In this document: piece by piece, positions 50,952 through 63,950 of the stretch
Layout: each line of letters opens with the position of its first letter
Position numbering within the stretch: the first letter of the stretch is position 1
Assembly: GCF_001194135.2 (NCBI RefSeq)
Contig: NC_068982.1
Coordinates: 93,657,171-93,721,170, forward strand
Origin: Octopus bimaculoides
Lineage: Eukaryota
Direction of reading: 5' to 3'
DNA: 64,000 bases
The notes under the pieces: model-generated
Told to the model about the DNA's origin: nothing
Database searches by the model: none
What the model saw: the letters and a program-made list of their open reading frames with translations, nothing else
Translations under genes and position numbers: made by a program

Positions 50952-53218
50952 AAAAGTAGTGTGCTGATCAAGTATCCGTGTTACATGTGAGAGGGAAGCA
51001 AAAATGACCCCCCCCCCCCCGAATAACTCTAACCAACATGATATTAATAACTTATTTTTAACAGGAATTCATCATACTAAGGGGAAGTAACTCAGAAAGG
51101 GGCTGTTGGGAATCAGTGGTATTGGCTATGGTGATATTGAAGTCAACAGAGGGGAACAATTTTGAACATAATTTTTGTTGTTTGCTTTTTCATTTGCTTT
51201 AGACTAAAATTGGCATGCTGATTTCAAAACTGCAGTCATTTTTCATCTATCACATCAGGGTTTTTTTTTTCTACAGCTTAATCCCTGAATAAGTACAGTT
51301 GTGTTGTTTGTTCATAAGTAATAGGGCTGGTCAGCAGCTTTCATTATTTTATTGATAGCACGGGGGAACATTTTCTAAAGAAATTTTTAATTTTCTTGCT
51401 TTTTGCAAATAGTCCTACTTAATTTGATGGTGCTGGGTTTAGAAATTTTCTATCATATCAGTTTTTTTTTTTGTTAAACAGGAATTCACAACTGCAGCAA
51501 AAGCATTCCATGCTTCTTTTTAATGCCAGAGACATGGTCTCCCAGAACTGCTCATCCTGTAATAGCCTCTTAATCTGTGACCTATCAGACACACCAACTT
51601 GAATTTTCTCACAAGAAAAAGCTAGAAACTCATTGCTTAAATATTTGAAACAGTCAGTGTTTCAACATGCATTTTGCACACTATATGAGGTGCCCAGGCT
51701 TTGTCTTGATCACCCAGTTTCATGCTAAAGTATGGTAAGGTTTCTTCACAAAATCTGATTTCACTTCGCTGCTGAGATAAAGTGTAACATACACAAATAT
51801 AGTAGAGGACATTGGGGCTGTTTTTGCATTTTCTTCACTCACAACTGGCCATATTTCTGAAATACAAAACATATTGAGCCAGTTGTCACCTGGGAAAGGC
51901 ATTTTTAGTATTGTCAATGGTTATAAAGTAAGCAAATGCAGATTTGTGATGGCAAAATTCTATAAAGAAGTTCTTTCTACAGTTCTTTGACTATGTTTGG
52001 CAAAAAGTAAAATTGACCCATGTGATCTCACAACATTAAGGGGTGCATCTAAAATACCAATTTTCATAAATAGTTCAACAAAACAGGTCTCGTCTGGTTT
52101 GCCATGATAGTCCCATTAAATCAAGCACAGTATGGGCATAACTGCAGACAAATTCCACAAATATGAGACGTATTATGTCAAGGACCACAGAAATGTGTTT
52201 ATTAACATCTAATTGTATAAAGGATATTTGTCATCATGGCATTAAAAGCTGGTTTCATTGAAATTGGTGAAGTTACTCATGTTTGCTGCTTTTTATTTAC
52301 TGAAGATACTTAGATCATGACTTCTGTTTTCGCATTTGTAATTGCATTTACTTCAAATGATATTGAAGAACTATGTTTTCAGTGTTATGTCATGCTCCAT
52401 ACATGGGTCTGAATTTGATGAAGCCAAATCTTATCATTAGAAATAGTGATAATACTGGAAATGTTGCAAAATGGATATTTGAGTTTGTGAAAAATCTTTG
52501 TGATAAAGCAAAATGGATTTCATTTTTGAAATCAGTGTCCCAAAATTACTTGAAAAAATGTCAGCACCAGATGACAAAAGCCATGTTCCCCAATGGAGGG
52601 AGAGAGAAAGATTGCTGTTTGTTATTAGTGGTTGTGTTGATACTGGTAGTGGCAGCATAGCAGTCACCCCACAACCATAACTATCAATATATTTTTGAAA
52701 GGATTTTTAGTATTTGTGAAGATATCTCATTGCTGATGAGTAAAATTTGAAATAAACATGTAAATATTTGTAGTTCATCAATGGTTTCAAATTTAGAAGG
52801 GCAAATTATAATAAAACCTTAATCATGAACAAAATAGAAACGTGTTAACTTTTATAAAATTAGTTAAAAAAATGAATTATTATTGAATCGAACTTATTTG
52901 TATTGCATGTTGTCAAATACCTTGAAAAATTAGCTATGTTTGAATTAAAAATAAAGAAGTGTAATATGTTAATATCTTTAGATTTTTATGATTACATTAT
53001 GAAGATAATTCATGTTTCCCATGGTGGTGTTGATTGTTGTAAGAAGATGGTGGTAAAGAATATTAGACTAGAATTTATATTTTTAAAACTTGTCTTATTT
53101 GGCTCATGCAAAGACTGAGTTTGGACATTCTCTTCATAAATTTCAACATCCAAAAAATACCCATTCCATGCTGTAACAACTGTTTGCTTATTGTTAGTGT
53201 GACTAGTGTTTATATATA

Positions 53219-53251
<33 letters not shown>

Positions 53252-53269
53252 GGGAAAATGTACGAAAAA

Positions 53270-53395
53270 ACAACAGACGAGGACAGGTGGTGTAAATAAC
53301 AAAAGGATGTATTAGTATGACGCTCGGGAATACGGAAAGTCTTTGACGTTTCGAGCTACGCTCTTCAACAGAAAGAATACGGAGACAAGGAGATA
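53270..53395. mobile_element. Penelope-like terminal (pLTR) fragment, CpG-rich
   Basis: gacgtttcgagctacgctcttcaacag is the signature PLE end motif; CpGs are retained. Confidence 0.65.
53340..53376 (-). ncRNA. Minimal type I hammerhead-ribozyme-like motif (variant core)
   Basis: UCUUU-CUGUUGAA-GAGC-GUA-GCUC-GAAA-CGUC-AAAGA: 5-bp stem I, 4-bp stem II, palindromic ACGU stem III, GUC cleavage triplet. The core has U at A6 and one extra A. Confidence 0.6.
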
Positions 53396-53489
53396 TATTT
53401 GTTTCTTATAGGTAGTCATGTTGGTAATGGAACTGGTGGGCACATTATTCTCTGTTTCGTATTTTTCTTCTTTTATTCAGTATAGTGAT

Positions 53490-53660
53490 TATCATCATCA
53501 TTAATGTCTGTTGTCCATGCTGACATGTGTTGCATGGTTTGACCAGTGCTGGCATGCTGGAGAGCTGCACCAGACTCTAGTCTGCTTTGGCACAGTTTCT
53601 ATGGTCGGATGCCCTTCCTAACACCAGAGTGTGCTGGGTGCTTTTACATGGTTCTGCCAT
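53490..53660 (-). mobile_element. RTE-type 3' tail repeat
   Basis: atcatcatcattaatgtctgttgtccatgctgacatg...ggatgcccttcctaacacc. Confidence 0.7.
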
Positions 53661-55149
53661 GAGTGCTTTACACCACCAGAGGGATCAATCTTCAAACTTC
53701 TGCCATGGAGTATGGGTCTTATGCTTCCCATGGAATATCTATCACTTTGACTAGTTACAGTTGTATTTATTAAATACTTCATATTTCCATATCTATAAAC
53801 TGTTAATATTGTGCTTCATCAGTATGAAGTAGCATTTAGTTGATATAGGGCTTAAACAGATTCCACGATGAAGGAAATTTAAATGTATGATAAGTCATAG
53901 CATGTGGAGCATACAGGAAAAGCCCTATGAATCTACACAAGAATACCATGTGTATGTGTACCCAGCTTGCTTTTAGAAAACATACAAACATACAAGAGTC
54001 TGATACCGAGGGTAAGAAAGCTAAGAAGAAAAATATAAGTTTATTGTCAAAATTTTCCATATGTATGGATGCATGTAAACACACACACACACATTTCCCT
54101 CCCTCTCTCTTGCATGTAAATATTATATTTTGAGTCACTTCAGTTGCTTGTCTGCCTGGTATATATGTGGTTGTCTTTCTCTATGTGTATAAATATATGC
54201 CTCTATGTATGTACATGAGTATGTCTCCAGGTAGGAGACCTCCAAAGGATATCTTACTACTGCCACTTCTGTGACAGTGGTCAAAAACCAAGAACAGTGT
54301 TGCTACCCCACCATCGCTAACACATGCAGACTTGTGTATGTCTGTGTATGCACATGAATTTGGATGTGTATGTGTGTTTACATGTATATTATGAGCAGAT
54401 ATAATCTATAAATGCATGTTTGTGTGTGTTAAACTTTTTTAATGTCTTTTGATACCTCCCACTCCTTGCCTTTTTTTATGAAGTATCTACAGAAATCTAC
54501 TGCAATTTCCACCTACTTGCAGTTTGGTGATCATGTTCAATATACAATCTTTCCACCTTACATGTCATTCTACATTTCATGTTCCAGAATTGATATTAGA
54601 ACTACACATTTCAGTTGTTAATAAAATACTTTTGTTGTTGATCACTATATATCCTAGAAATAGTAGCTACATAATTCAAAAGAAATCCACTCCTATTATT
54701 ATTGGAAATAAAATGACTGTGGATACAGATACTAACAAAAATGGAATTTGGAAACAAATAGAAAAAAAGGAGTGACTAAAAAAAAATAAAACAAAGTGAA
54801 AAGATAATAAAGTCTATCCCATGTAGAAGAGAGATAGAATGCATGAGTAATAGAGACTAGGAGAAAACTAGGGCATATCCATATGTCTCTATGTATCTGT
54901 ATGTACAAGATATATATGGAGAGTGTGTCACATTCTATAATGTATATTTTACAATTCATGTTAGATGTTTCAACATCTTCCTGCTAAAAATAACAGCCAC
55001 ATATCTACCAGCCCAATTATACATCTGTTTAAGAAATAATGGACCCAAAAAACAAAATGTAAAGCAAGAGTGAAATATGCAAGGAAAGTACAAATTTATG
55101 ATACTTTTCCTTTTCCCATTCTTTTTCTGTCTTGCAACTCATTTGGTGA

Positions 55150-55345
55150 CCTCACCAGTGCCAGTGGCTCAACAGAACGAAAAAAAAAAAAAAAGACCTG
55201 GTGCACACTAAGATAGTTGGTGTTAGGAAGGGTGTCCAGCTTTAGAAAACATGTGAAAGCTGACACTGAAGCTTGACAGCTTGCTGGATTCTGTCACATT
55301 GTCTAACTTGTGTCTGTATGGAAAAGGGATGTTAAATGATGAACA
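55150..55345 (+). mobile_element. RTE-type 3' tail repeat
   Basis: ggtgttaggaagggtgtccagc...atggaaaagggatgttaaatgatga. Confidence 0.7.
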
Positions 55346-56314
55346 ATGAAAGTATGAATATTGTTAGGGATAATATTAAATTCATGGGGTCATTAACTTG
55401 TTTTCTCATGAATATGACTGAACACTCCGGAAAACGGTAACCTTTCTTTTAAAATTATGTTGCAAGCAACAACTTTACTAAGTCACCTGGATGAATTCAA
55501 GTAGTATGAATTACACAGAAATGATACTTAGATCAACTTATGTTAGCTTTCATTTGAACGACTAAACATTTCTACTGATAAACAATTCTTGAGCTAACAA
55601 CTGTAGTGTCATTGTCTCTTTTTCTAAATTTCTTGATGTTTTCATAACTTCCTAATTTGGGGTTAGAACCCTGTTTTTTATGGCAGTATCCTGTCTATTT
55701 CTTTGTCTATCACTGGAGTGTGTTCTCTTCAAAACATTGAATACGAAAATGTTTCTCATTGTTTTAAAATCTCTCTCTCTTTCTCTATTTATCAAACCTC
55801 TTTCTCTACCTATTTAACTTTCTATCAATCTTCTAGATAGCCATTCATAAATGGGATAGACATGACTGGAGATGATTGGATACCATTCCTATCTCCAGTG
55901 ACTTTACAAAGTGTATTGAATGCATTTTATTGTGACATGAGCAATAATAGATCCATATATGTATATGTTGTGGCACAGCACCACATATTTAGTAAGTTAT
56001 AGTGGCTGATTATGTGAATGAGTGAGCATATATGTACACAGGTACATACCAATTCTGCCTACCTATCTACCTTTTTATTTCCACGAACATGCTCTAAATA
56101 GTTGTCATATATAAAAACCAGTCATAGTGTGTTTACAATGGTTTGTAAGTAGACATGTATTTATATATCGAGGTTTTTATAATTATGAAAATTGTGAGCA
56201 TTTACTGAACGAAGGCCTCACTAACTGTAATCTGATATTTATAATAATTATATTGACTGTGACTAATGAGGCCAACTACTGTGAGACTTTGAAGTAACTG
56301 TCAAAATGTGTGTG

Positions 56315-56630
56315 TGCACAGGCATGGCTGTGTGGTAAGAAGTTTGCTTCCCAACCACATGGTTCTTGGTCAAGTCCCACTGCATGGCACCTTTAGTAAG
56401 TGTCTTCTATAGCCTTGGATTGACCAAATCCTTGTGAGTGGATTTGGTAGGCAGAAACTGAATGAAGCTTGTCATGTGCATGTGTCTTTATATCTGTCTC
56501 TTACCTTTGATTGACAACTTGTGTTGATTTGTTTACACCCTCTTAACTTTGAATTCATTTGACTAAAGATCATCAGGGTGGTACTCCAGCATGGATGCAG
56601 TCTAATGACTGAAACGAGTAAAAGATATAC
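56315..56630 (+). mobile_element. tRNA-derived SINE, near full length
   Basis: caggcatggctgtgtggtaagaagtttgcttcccaaccacatgg...gcagtctaatgactgaaacgagtaaaag. Confidence 0.88.
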
Positions 56631-57059
56631 ATATATATTCTCACAGAGGTGTAATTTTAAATAATACTAGCTTAAAGCTCCCATAAGTTTACATCTGTAT
56701 GCTCTTCATGCCACCAACCCTTTTTATCCTTTTGTAGTAAAAATATTTTGTTATCATGTTTGTGTCCACTTCTCTATACTTACATAAATTGGGTGGATCT
56801 TCTTTGGCACATTTTCTTGTCACTTGTTACAATTATTTAACTTCTGCGGAAGGTTTAACAATTAATCTTTCTGGTCATGTGTGCCTAGTCCCTCGTGCAC
56901 ACTGACATTATACATTTAGCAGAACACACTTGCTTTTTATATGTGATGAATAAGAGATACTGATGCAGACAGGAGCTGGACAGGCAGAAGACTACGCACG
57001 CACGCGCGAAAGCAAAGACTGTAAATTTTCAGGCACTGAATAATCAAGTTTAAATATAT

Positions 57060-57710
57060 AGATAGTTATACATTAACGGAGCAAAAGACACAGAAAATTA
57101 TAAGAGGAAAGGTATGATGTTACAACAATCTTATGGCAGGGAACAAGGGAGAAGGAAGTGATCAGTGACTGGATTAAAGGAAAAGAAAGGATGTAGTTGA
57201 AAAGGTGGAACAGTGGGTTGTGTTGGGGGAAGTCTAGGGTTCTCCAACATAAGGATTGAGCATGGACACAAGTTACCAAGGAACGGGCAGTAGACCAAAG
57301 TGGAGGGAAATCTTGAGTCATTGAAGGAAAGTGTTTGGTCTGCAGGTGAGTCAGAAGGGAAACACTAACATGTGTTGGGGTTGAAGAAGGAGGGAAGCGA
57401 TGGGAGACGAAAAAAGAAGATGCTGGTGGGTACTATAGTAAGAAGGAAAGCACTGTGTGAATGGTGTGAAAACATTGTAGCTAATAAGACAGTGAAGGAG
57501 GAGAGAGAATGGTGGGTGGAAGCAATGGGTAGCACAGGAGAAAGGCTTCGAGGGCATCCTGGAGGTGTAAGTGTAGGTAGTGAGTAAAAGGTAAATGATG
57601 GTGGGTGACTGTGGACCTAAGAGTGTGTTGTTAGTGATGAAGAGATGCAGTCCTGGAGCGGGTGGTGTAGTGATGAGCAATAAGGTGGGCTTGCTGGAAA
57701 CAACGCACGC
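57060..57710 (-). mobile_element. Decayed LINE-like relic (C-rich strand, endonuclease-like)
   Basis: Abrupt purine-rich + strand; minus frames with PTLLLIT / VTHHHL-like remnants. Class uncertain. Confidence 0.35.
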
Positions 57711-57714
57711 ACGC

Positions 57715-57815
57715 TCTCTCTTTCTCTCTCTCTCTCTCTTTCTCTCTATTTCTCTTTCTCTTTCTTTCTCTGTCTCTTTCTCTCTCTCTCTCTCNNNNNN
57801 NNNNCTTTCTCTCTC

Positions 57816-57845
<30 letters not shown>
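57715..57845. repeat. (CT)n microsatellite with short gap
   Basis: Direct. Confidence 0.95.
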
Positions 57846-57846
<1 letters not shown>

Positions 57847-57990
57847 AATGTGTTGCAGCTTCTGATATATATATATAAAATTTAAATAATTTGATTCAGC
57901 TGCAGGATTCTCACAGAAACCCAGCTCATTCAGGCTTAGATTACTGAATGGAGAAATACAGGAAGTTCATACATACATATGATTGAGCTG

Positions 57991-58902
57991 TTTTTATATA
58001 GATATGGAAAATTCTGTCTGTTTGTGGAGTTGTTAGCTTACTCCTCCCACATAGTTTTATAGATTTTGATGAAACTTGACACGTGAGTAGAACTCATTTC
58101 TGGAAACCGCATAGCATACTCAGATTGTTGGAAAAAAAAATCAATAATAGGGCCCCTGGAAGGAATCCTTATGTATATCCAATATAATTTATTTAAAAAA
58201 AACCAAGGGAAATAACACGTTCACCCCTGGAAGGGATCCTTATATATAGCCAAGGGAAATAACTCATTCATTTTCCTAAATTATTTGGTAAAAATGAAAT
58301 TGAGTATGCTTATTTCTTAGTATTTGAACTGTTAGAACTATTTTCTCAATTTATCCAGTACAATCCTTAAACAAGTAAATAGTATTTTCCTAAACTATAG
58401 ATCCACTTAATTCGGTTAGTGACTTATTCACGACTATACCAACACTAGTGCCCCTGAGAGTAATATTCTCTGGGAATGCACAGAACCCCTTTTCAGATTT
58501 ATTTACTTTAAATTGTTTTTATCTCGTATCTGATTAGCCTGTTATGTAACATGCTTCATGATTTTAGTATACATACCTTATTCGTATTTCTTCATATGTT
58601 CTGTATACTCTGGGAATGCATTAAAGCCCTTTTCGGGGCTACTTTATTTGAATTCTTACTATCAGGTAACTAATTTCATGTTATTACATAACTGACTTCA
58701 CAATTTGGCTATTTATAACTTATTAGGAATTTCTAAAAACAAGATCCTGTGTAAGACAGTTCGGTATTCTCTGTAAATGCACGAAAACCGTTTTAAGGGC
58801 TACATACTTTGTATTGTTGTTATTGGATTAGCAAAACAATTAAGAGAATGGAACCAAGGGGTAAGCCCTGCTTTCCTGGGAATTACCAGGTACGTCAGGT
58901 AG
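57991..58902 (+). mobile_element. Non-autonomous Helitron-like element
   Basis: 5' tatatag..aaattctgtctgtttgt start; 3' hairpin CCTGG-gaatta-CCAGG (58875-58890) 8 nt before GTAG|T (degenerate CTAG|T). Confidence 0.55.
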
Positions 58903-59316
58903 TACCTACACGCATGTGACATCAAGTGTATGTATGTATCTAGGAATGATAGATATAACACAAATTACATCTTACTATAGATATATCTATATACACATTG
59001 ATATTAATCACACTCATGTATATATTTATATAATGTGAGTGTGTGTGTATTATAGATGTATGCGTAACGCTAACGTTTTTCCTGACACCAGCATCAAAAA
59101 AGTTGCCTCATCTCTTGTGAACCTAAGTGCTCCTCTCCAAGTAGTCTCCATTCACATATCAGTTTTATAATCATCACTTATACTCAATTTTATATAATCA
59201 ATATTTTTTTTCTGTTGTCTCTGTGACACTGATGGCATCATGTGATAAATTTTTTATGAACTTTGTTAATGTTATGCAACAGAAGGCATTTGTAGTATGT
59301 TATATTTTTGTTTCAG

Positions 59317-59382
59317 AACATTTAGTGATCAAAGTGTAGGCTCCATTCTTCGTGGAATCCTACTGTTGCATATATGTTGAAT
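59317..59382 (+). CDS. Candidate exon E9 ((R)TFSDQSVGSILRGILLLHIC*, stop 2 nt before donor)
   Basis: Acceptor tatatttttgtttcag, donor gtaagt. The longest frame is phase 2, matching E8; TGA at 59378-59380. Confidence 0.55.
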
Positions 59383-60769
59383 GTAAGTTTTGTTAACACT
59401 TAAGTTTAGTTCTTTGACTGAAATAATCTCATGATCACGAGAAGGAAAACATTTCTTCTACAGTGACTTCATGCTTTTGGAAGTGTGTTGGAGATATTCA
59501 TTGCCATAACTTACAACTTGTGTATAATTTTGGTATTGTTTGTTACTTAAGAAAAAGAATCATTTAAATCACTACATTTATGAAAAGGAATGATATCCTT
59601 TTTCTAAGGTTTAATTAAGTTATATTTGAAGCTTGTTTATTAATTAGGGTGATGTAATACTACTGGTGCTCTTGAAATTTTTTAAGCTTTGGTATAAACC
59701 TTATTTGTTCTTTAGGAATATCATTAGATATATCCTGTTTTTTTTCACTGTGTGTTTGCTATTGTCATAATCATCTTCCCAAGATACAACAGAAATAGAC
59801 TAATATTTAAACAGCAACTTTAAGTATTAACCACATAATTAAACTAGTGCAATATTAAAAACAGCTCACCATGTGCTGAAATGTACATTTTTACAATGTC
59901 AATGGTGAAATAAGAATAGGATAAAGTCAGACATTTGTGGGATTCCTTCATGCTGAAGATAATTGAGGTATGTTTCCTAAAACTCACAGATAATTTTGAG
60001 TTAGTTTGTATATCCGAAGGCCTTATTGTGGAAGAGGCTCATTGCCAAAATAATTTTTCACATTTACTTGACAAATATTTGGATTGTTGTTATATTAGAA
60101 TTGTAATTAAAGCAATTATATTTTTAGGAGTAATGAATAGAGATGCTTTTCTGTGACACAGTTTTAATATGCTTCAGTAATCAAATAGATCATATAATAA
60201 TTTTAGCTCTTGTAATCTTACTTGGGAGGCTCAACATTGTTAGATAAGCCGTTGGATATGTATTTAGTAACTATTAGGTTGTCAAAGTTTTTGCGGTTTT
60301 TAACCTTTTTTAACTGTAAAATTTACAAGTGCTTCACTAGTCCTACTGACTTAGGTTCCTTTGATAGTAAATGTTAAATATCAAATAACAGCACTTTTAA
60401 ACATAGAAGAAAACAGTAAGGGAATTGACTTAACAAATGTTCCTGCCTCTGCATCCAAGTCCCTTCTCATTTATCTTGGGATGGTAATTAGGGATGAATT
60501 GTCTCCCTTCAATTATTAACAATATTTCTGTGTTTTCTGGTTTTTATTTCTGTCTTTATTGGGTGCCTTGCAACTGTGGCTTAATGCTAACCAAGTTTTT
60601 GACTGCAAAAGAACAAAAGAAAATGTAGCTTGAACAATTACACTTAATGATCTTTAGGCACCTGTTATGAATCCAAGAATCTTAAAAGATAATTCCTTTT
60701 CTGTGTGTGTGTTTGGCAGTTAGCAGTTTGTGATCTGTTGGAATTGAAATTTTTGCAATTTTTTTTACT

Positions 60770-63700
60770 TATCACTTTTAAGTTTTTAGTCTCACTAAGT
60801 TTTCTCTCTCTATATATAAATGTGCTTCTGCCATATTAACCATTGCCAAAGTTTCTGCAACTGGAGTACTTTTGACAATTCTAATGACTTTAGATTGCCA
60901 ATCAATGGGCATAAAATTACTTGTCATCAACCACGAAGGTAATGTAGCTTCCTTGTAATACCCCATCTTTTTGATTAATGGGGTAAAAGGCATCACTATG
61001 CAAATATTGCTAATTCTTGAATAACTATTTGAGATTTTTTCCCATTGCTTTATTTATTGTATTATTAACTTATCTAATGTACTCTACACTTTCCTGTTTT
61101 AGAAAGGAACTTCATCCCAACGTTATAACTAAACTCTAGTCTTGTTTCTGTAACTAATCAATTTAGTTGATCTTTCACTTAATTTCTGTAATCTCTGTTG
61201 ATATTTTTATCTTTTCAATTTATTTTTCATTGGTGTATATATATTTTAATTGCTTTAGATAATTACCTTGTCCCAAGTTTTATACCCTCCTCATTTGTTT
61301 TAATATCTAATCCAATGAATGAACTGGAAGTAATTTATGATGCCAGTCTGACTCGGCTCTGAAAGTTCTTTGAACTTGCAAAGTTGAAGTCAACATGAAC
61401 AATAATAATACCTTGCAGTTTGTTTTGACAGTGCTATGGAAATGTTGAAAGACCATATTTTGAAGCTACTCCTCAAGCATGGCTGTGTGGCTTTAGAAGT
61501 TTACTTTCCAACCACATGATTTTGTGTTCAGTCTCCTTGCATGATGCATTGAGCAAGTTTCTTCTATAGCCCAAGGCCAGCCGAAGTGGATTTGGTAGAG
61601 GGAACTTGAAAGCTCTTTGTGAGTGTGTGTGTGTTTTTATATCTCTTTGTCTTCACATCCTGTGATAGTTGTAAATGAGCATCATCTTCATACAAGTGAG
61701 ATCCTTAATTCCCAACCTTACATGAAAACATTTTCCACTATGGGGAAATGCCCCTTGTTTGGAAACAGGTGAGGCTTAGCAACAGGAAGAGCATCCAGCC
61801 ACAGAAAATCTGCCTTAACATATTCTGTCAGATCCATAGTAGCATGGAAAAGTGTTAAAATGTCACGAAATATTCAATATGTTTGAGTAAATGAGAAGAA
61901 GAATGCATGTTTAGATGGGAGATGCAAGAGGTGAGAAATGTAGATTTCACACTATACAACATATTGTCTACTTTCAAGATATAAAATACAAGTGCCAGAA
62001 AGTACAGTTAAAATTTCTGGATATTTTTATTTGATGAAAAAAAAGTTGCACATCACACTGGAAAGAATTCTAAGTGCACGCAAGGAGATATTTAAGAAAA
62101 AAACCAAAAAGTCTCTGAGTTTGACCTTACCTTAATGTTACTTGCATATAAGTTTTTAACCAGAAGAATATTTTGGCATGAAGCCTAGTTTGTTCAGCAG
62201 TGAAAAGATTGGTACCATGATGTCGTGTTAAAATCTTGTCATTTTGGTATGACTACACTTAATCAAATTGAGGCAGGCTGTAGTTATATAATAAAGCATA
62301 TTTGGCAGGAAGAATATCCCTGCATTATATGACCGTGTTCCTAGCTGACGTCGCAGCACACTTGATGTTTTTTTTCCTTGAGTACCAGTTGCCATAAAAA
62401 TAAGGTTATTGTCTTGTGTTTATTGGAGAGCAGCCTTGTCTTGTGATTGCCACAAGAAGAAAACAACTTGATGGTCCACTGCGATACATGTGGGAGAATC
62501 AGTTCTAATACTAGTTAACATCTTTATCCTGAACACCTTGTTATGTCTCTGCTATCCAAGTAGCAGTGAATAAATCCAGCTTTTAGTCCAACTTTGAAGT
62601 TGTCTTTGCTTTGTCCAAATCAATATTTGAAGAGAAAATATTACATTTTCTTCCACATTTATTAAGTATTTGTTCTAACTTATGGTGTTACCTGCTCTGC
62701 TTGCTACTTTTTAATAGTTTGTCCTTGTTTTGGAAGCACAATCATTTAGAAATAGATTTTTGTTTAGATCTTCTATATCTTTTTCTTGTAGTTTGATGCT
62801 GTCCAACATTATCATCTATTGGGATTTCTGGTTCAAATTTCATAGTATTCTCTTTGTAAGTAGATACGCTTTAAGTATCATTACACCAGTTTTGTAGGAT
62901 AAGTTCATCTTCTGAAGAACTTTCATGTGCTTCAGGATTGTATACTAAACAGGATGGATGCACTCTTATAAGTGTGTCTCCTTGTTTGATGAGCACTTAT
63001 TTATACTTCAGTCCTATGAGAATTTCTGGTCTAAACCATCTATTACTTATTTCTTTGATAGACAACCATATTTTTGTAAAGTTAGGACAAGTGCCCTGCT
63101 AATTTGGTTTTTGAAGTGTGTCTTTCTCTGTAAGATTCACACTCTATGAGTGCTTTTCTAGCAATATGCACAACATTCAAATTACTTGTTACAATAGGGA
63201 AAACTATCAAAAGTAAGAAGTTTGTTATTTAGAAAGGAAAATGGGTTGAAATTTCTAAAGGCTTGTTGATTTAGACTATAACCATGAACACTGAAGAGCA
63301 TTTTTGTTACTTATGACCTTTTAAAGTGACACCAAGTCTTCATTTGCCTCACTTTCTCCCAGAATGCCATTTGTTCATTCAGCTGCATATTACATTAAAA
63401 TGGCTCTAAAACCTTTGATGCAACTTGGGAACTCAGTCAAGCCAGACAGTCCTTTTTTGGTGCCATGTGCTTAGACCCTGATCAATAACTAATCCTTCCT
63501 CTCATCATCAATTTGACCACTTCGCACTTATTTGCAAATATTTTTGCTTTGCTATCTTTATTCAAATTATTCTCACTCTAATCAAAATTCAGCAAGTTTC
63601 CTGAGATCCTGCAATCAAGTAAATAGCCATTATTTAACAAATGATTTATCAAATAAGGGCAAATTCTCTCATATGTTCTAATATGTTTGACCAGTACTTG

Positions 63701-63950
63701 TTTTTCTAAACCATTAACTGCACCAGGACCTGTCTGTCTTTCAGTCATATTTCTTTTGTGTTACACATGGTCACCATTATGACATCTGGTGTTTTGAAGC
63801 TCTTCTAGTCTTTTCAAAAGACTTACTTTTGAAGTAGGTTTTCCTAGAGCATTCATCTCGTTCAAATTGTCCATGAGTCTGAGTTGTAGAGATTCTGTGC
63901 AAAGCCAGTTGCTGATTAACCAACATATATGCTAGACTTGAATTTTTTTA
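60770..63950 (-). mobile_element. Ty1/copia-type LTR retrotransposon relic (integrase tail, RT, RNase H order)
   Basis: GPGAVNGLEKQVLVKH / LHIARKALIECES / VLIKQGDTLIRVHP (integrase tail); IRTDSPTC and HVD/HSDAF (RT); PIDWQSKVIRIVKSTPVAETLAM (RNase H). Confidence 0.75.
61462..61865 (+). mobile_element. SINE head plus RTE-tail composite inserted in the copia relic
   Basis: gcatggctgtgtggctttagaagtttactttccaaccacatg ... gcatggaaaagtgttaaaatg. Confidence 0.75.

Noticed and set aside
51480-52660. Possible decayed DNA transposase region
   Set aside because: No diagnostic motif, TIR or TSD could be identified.
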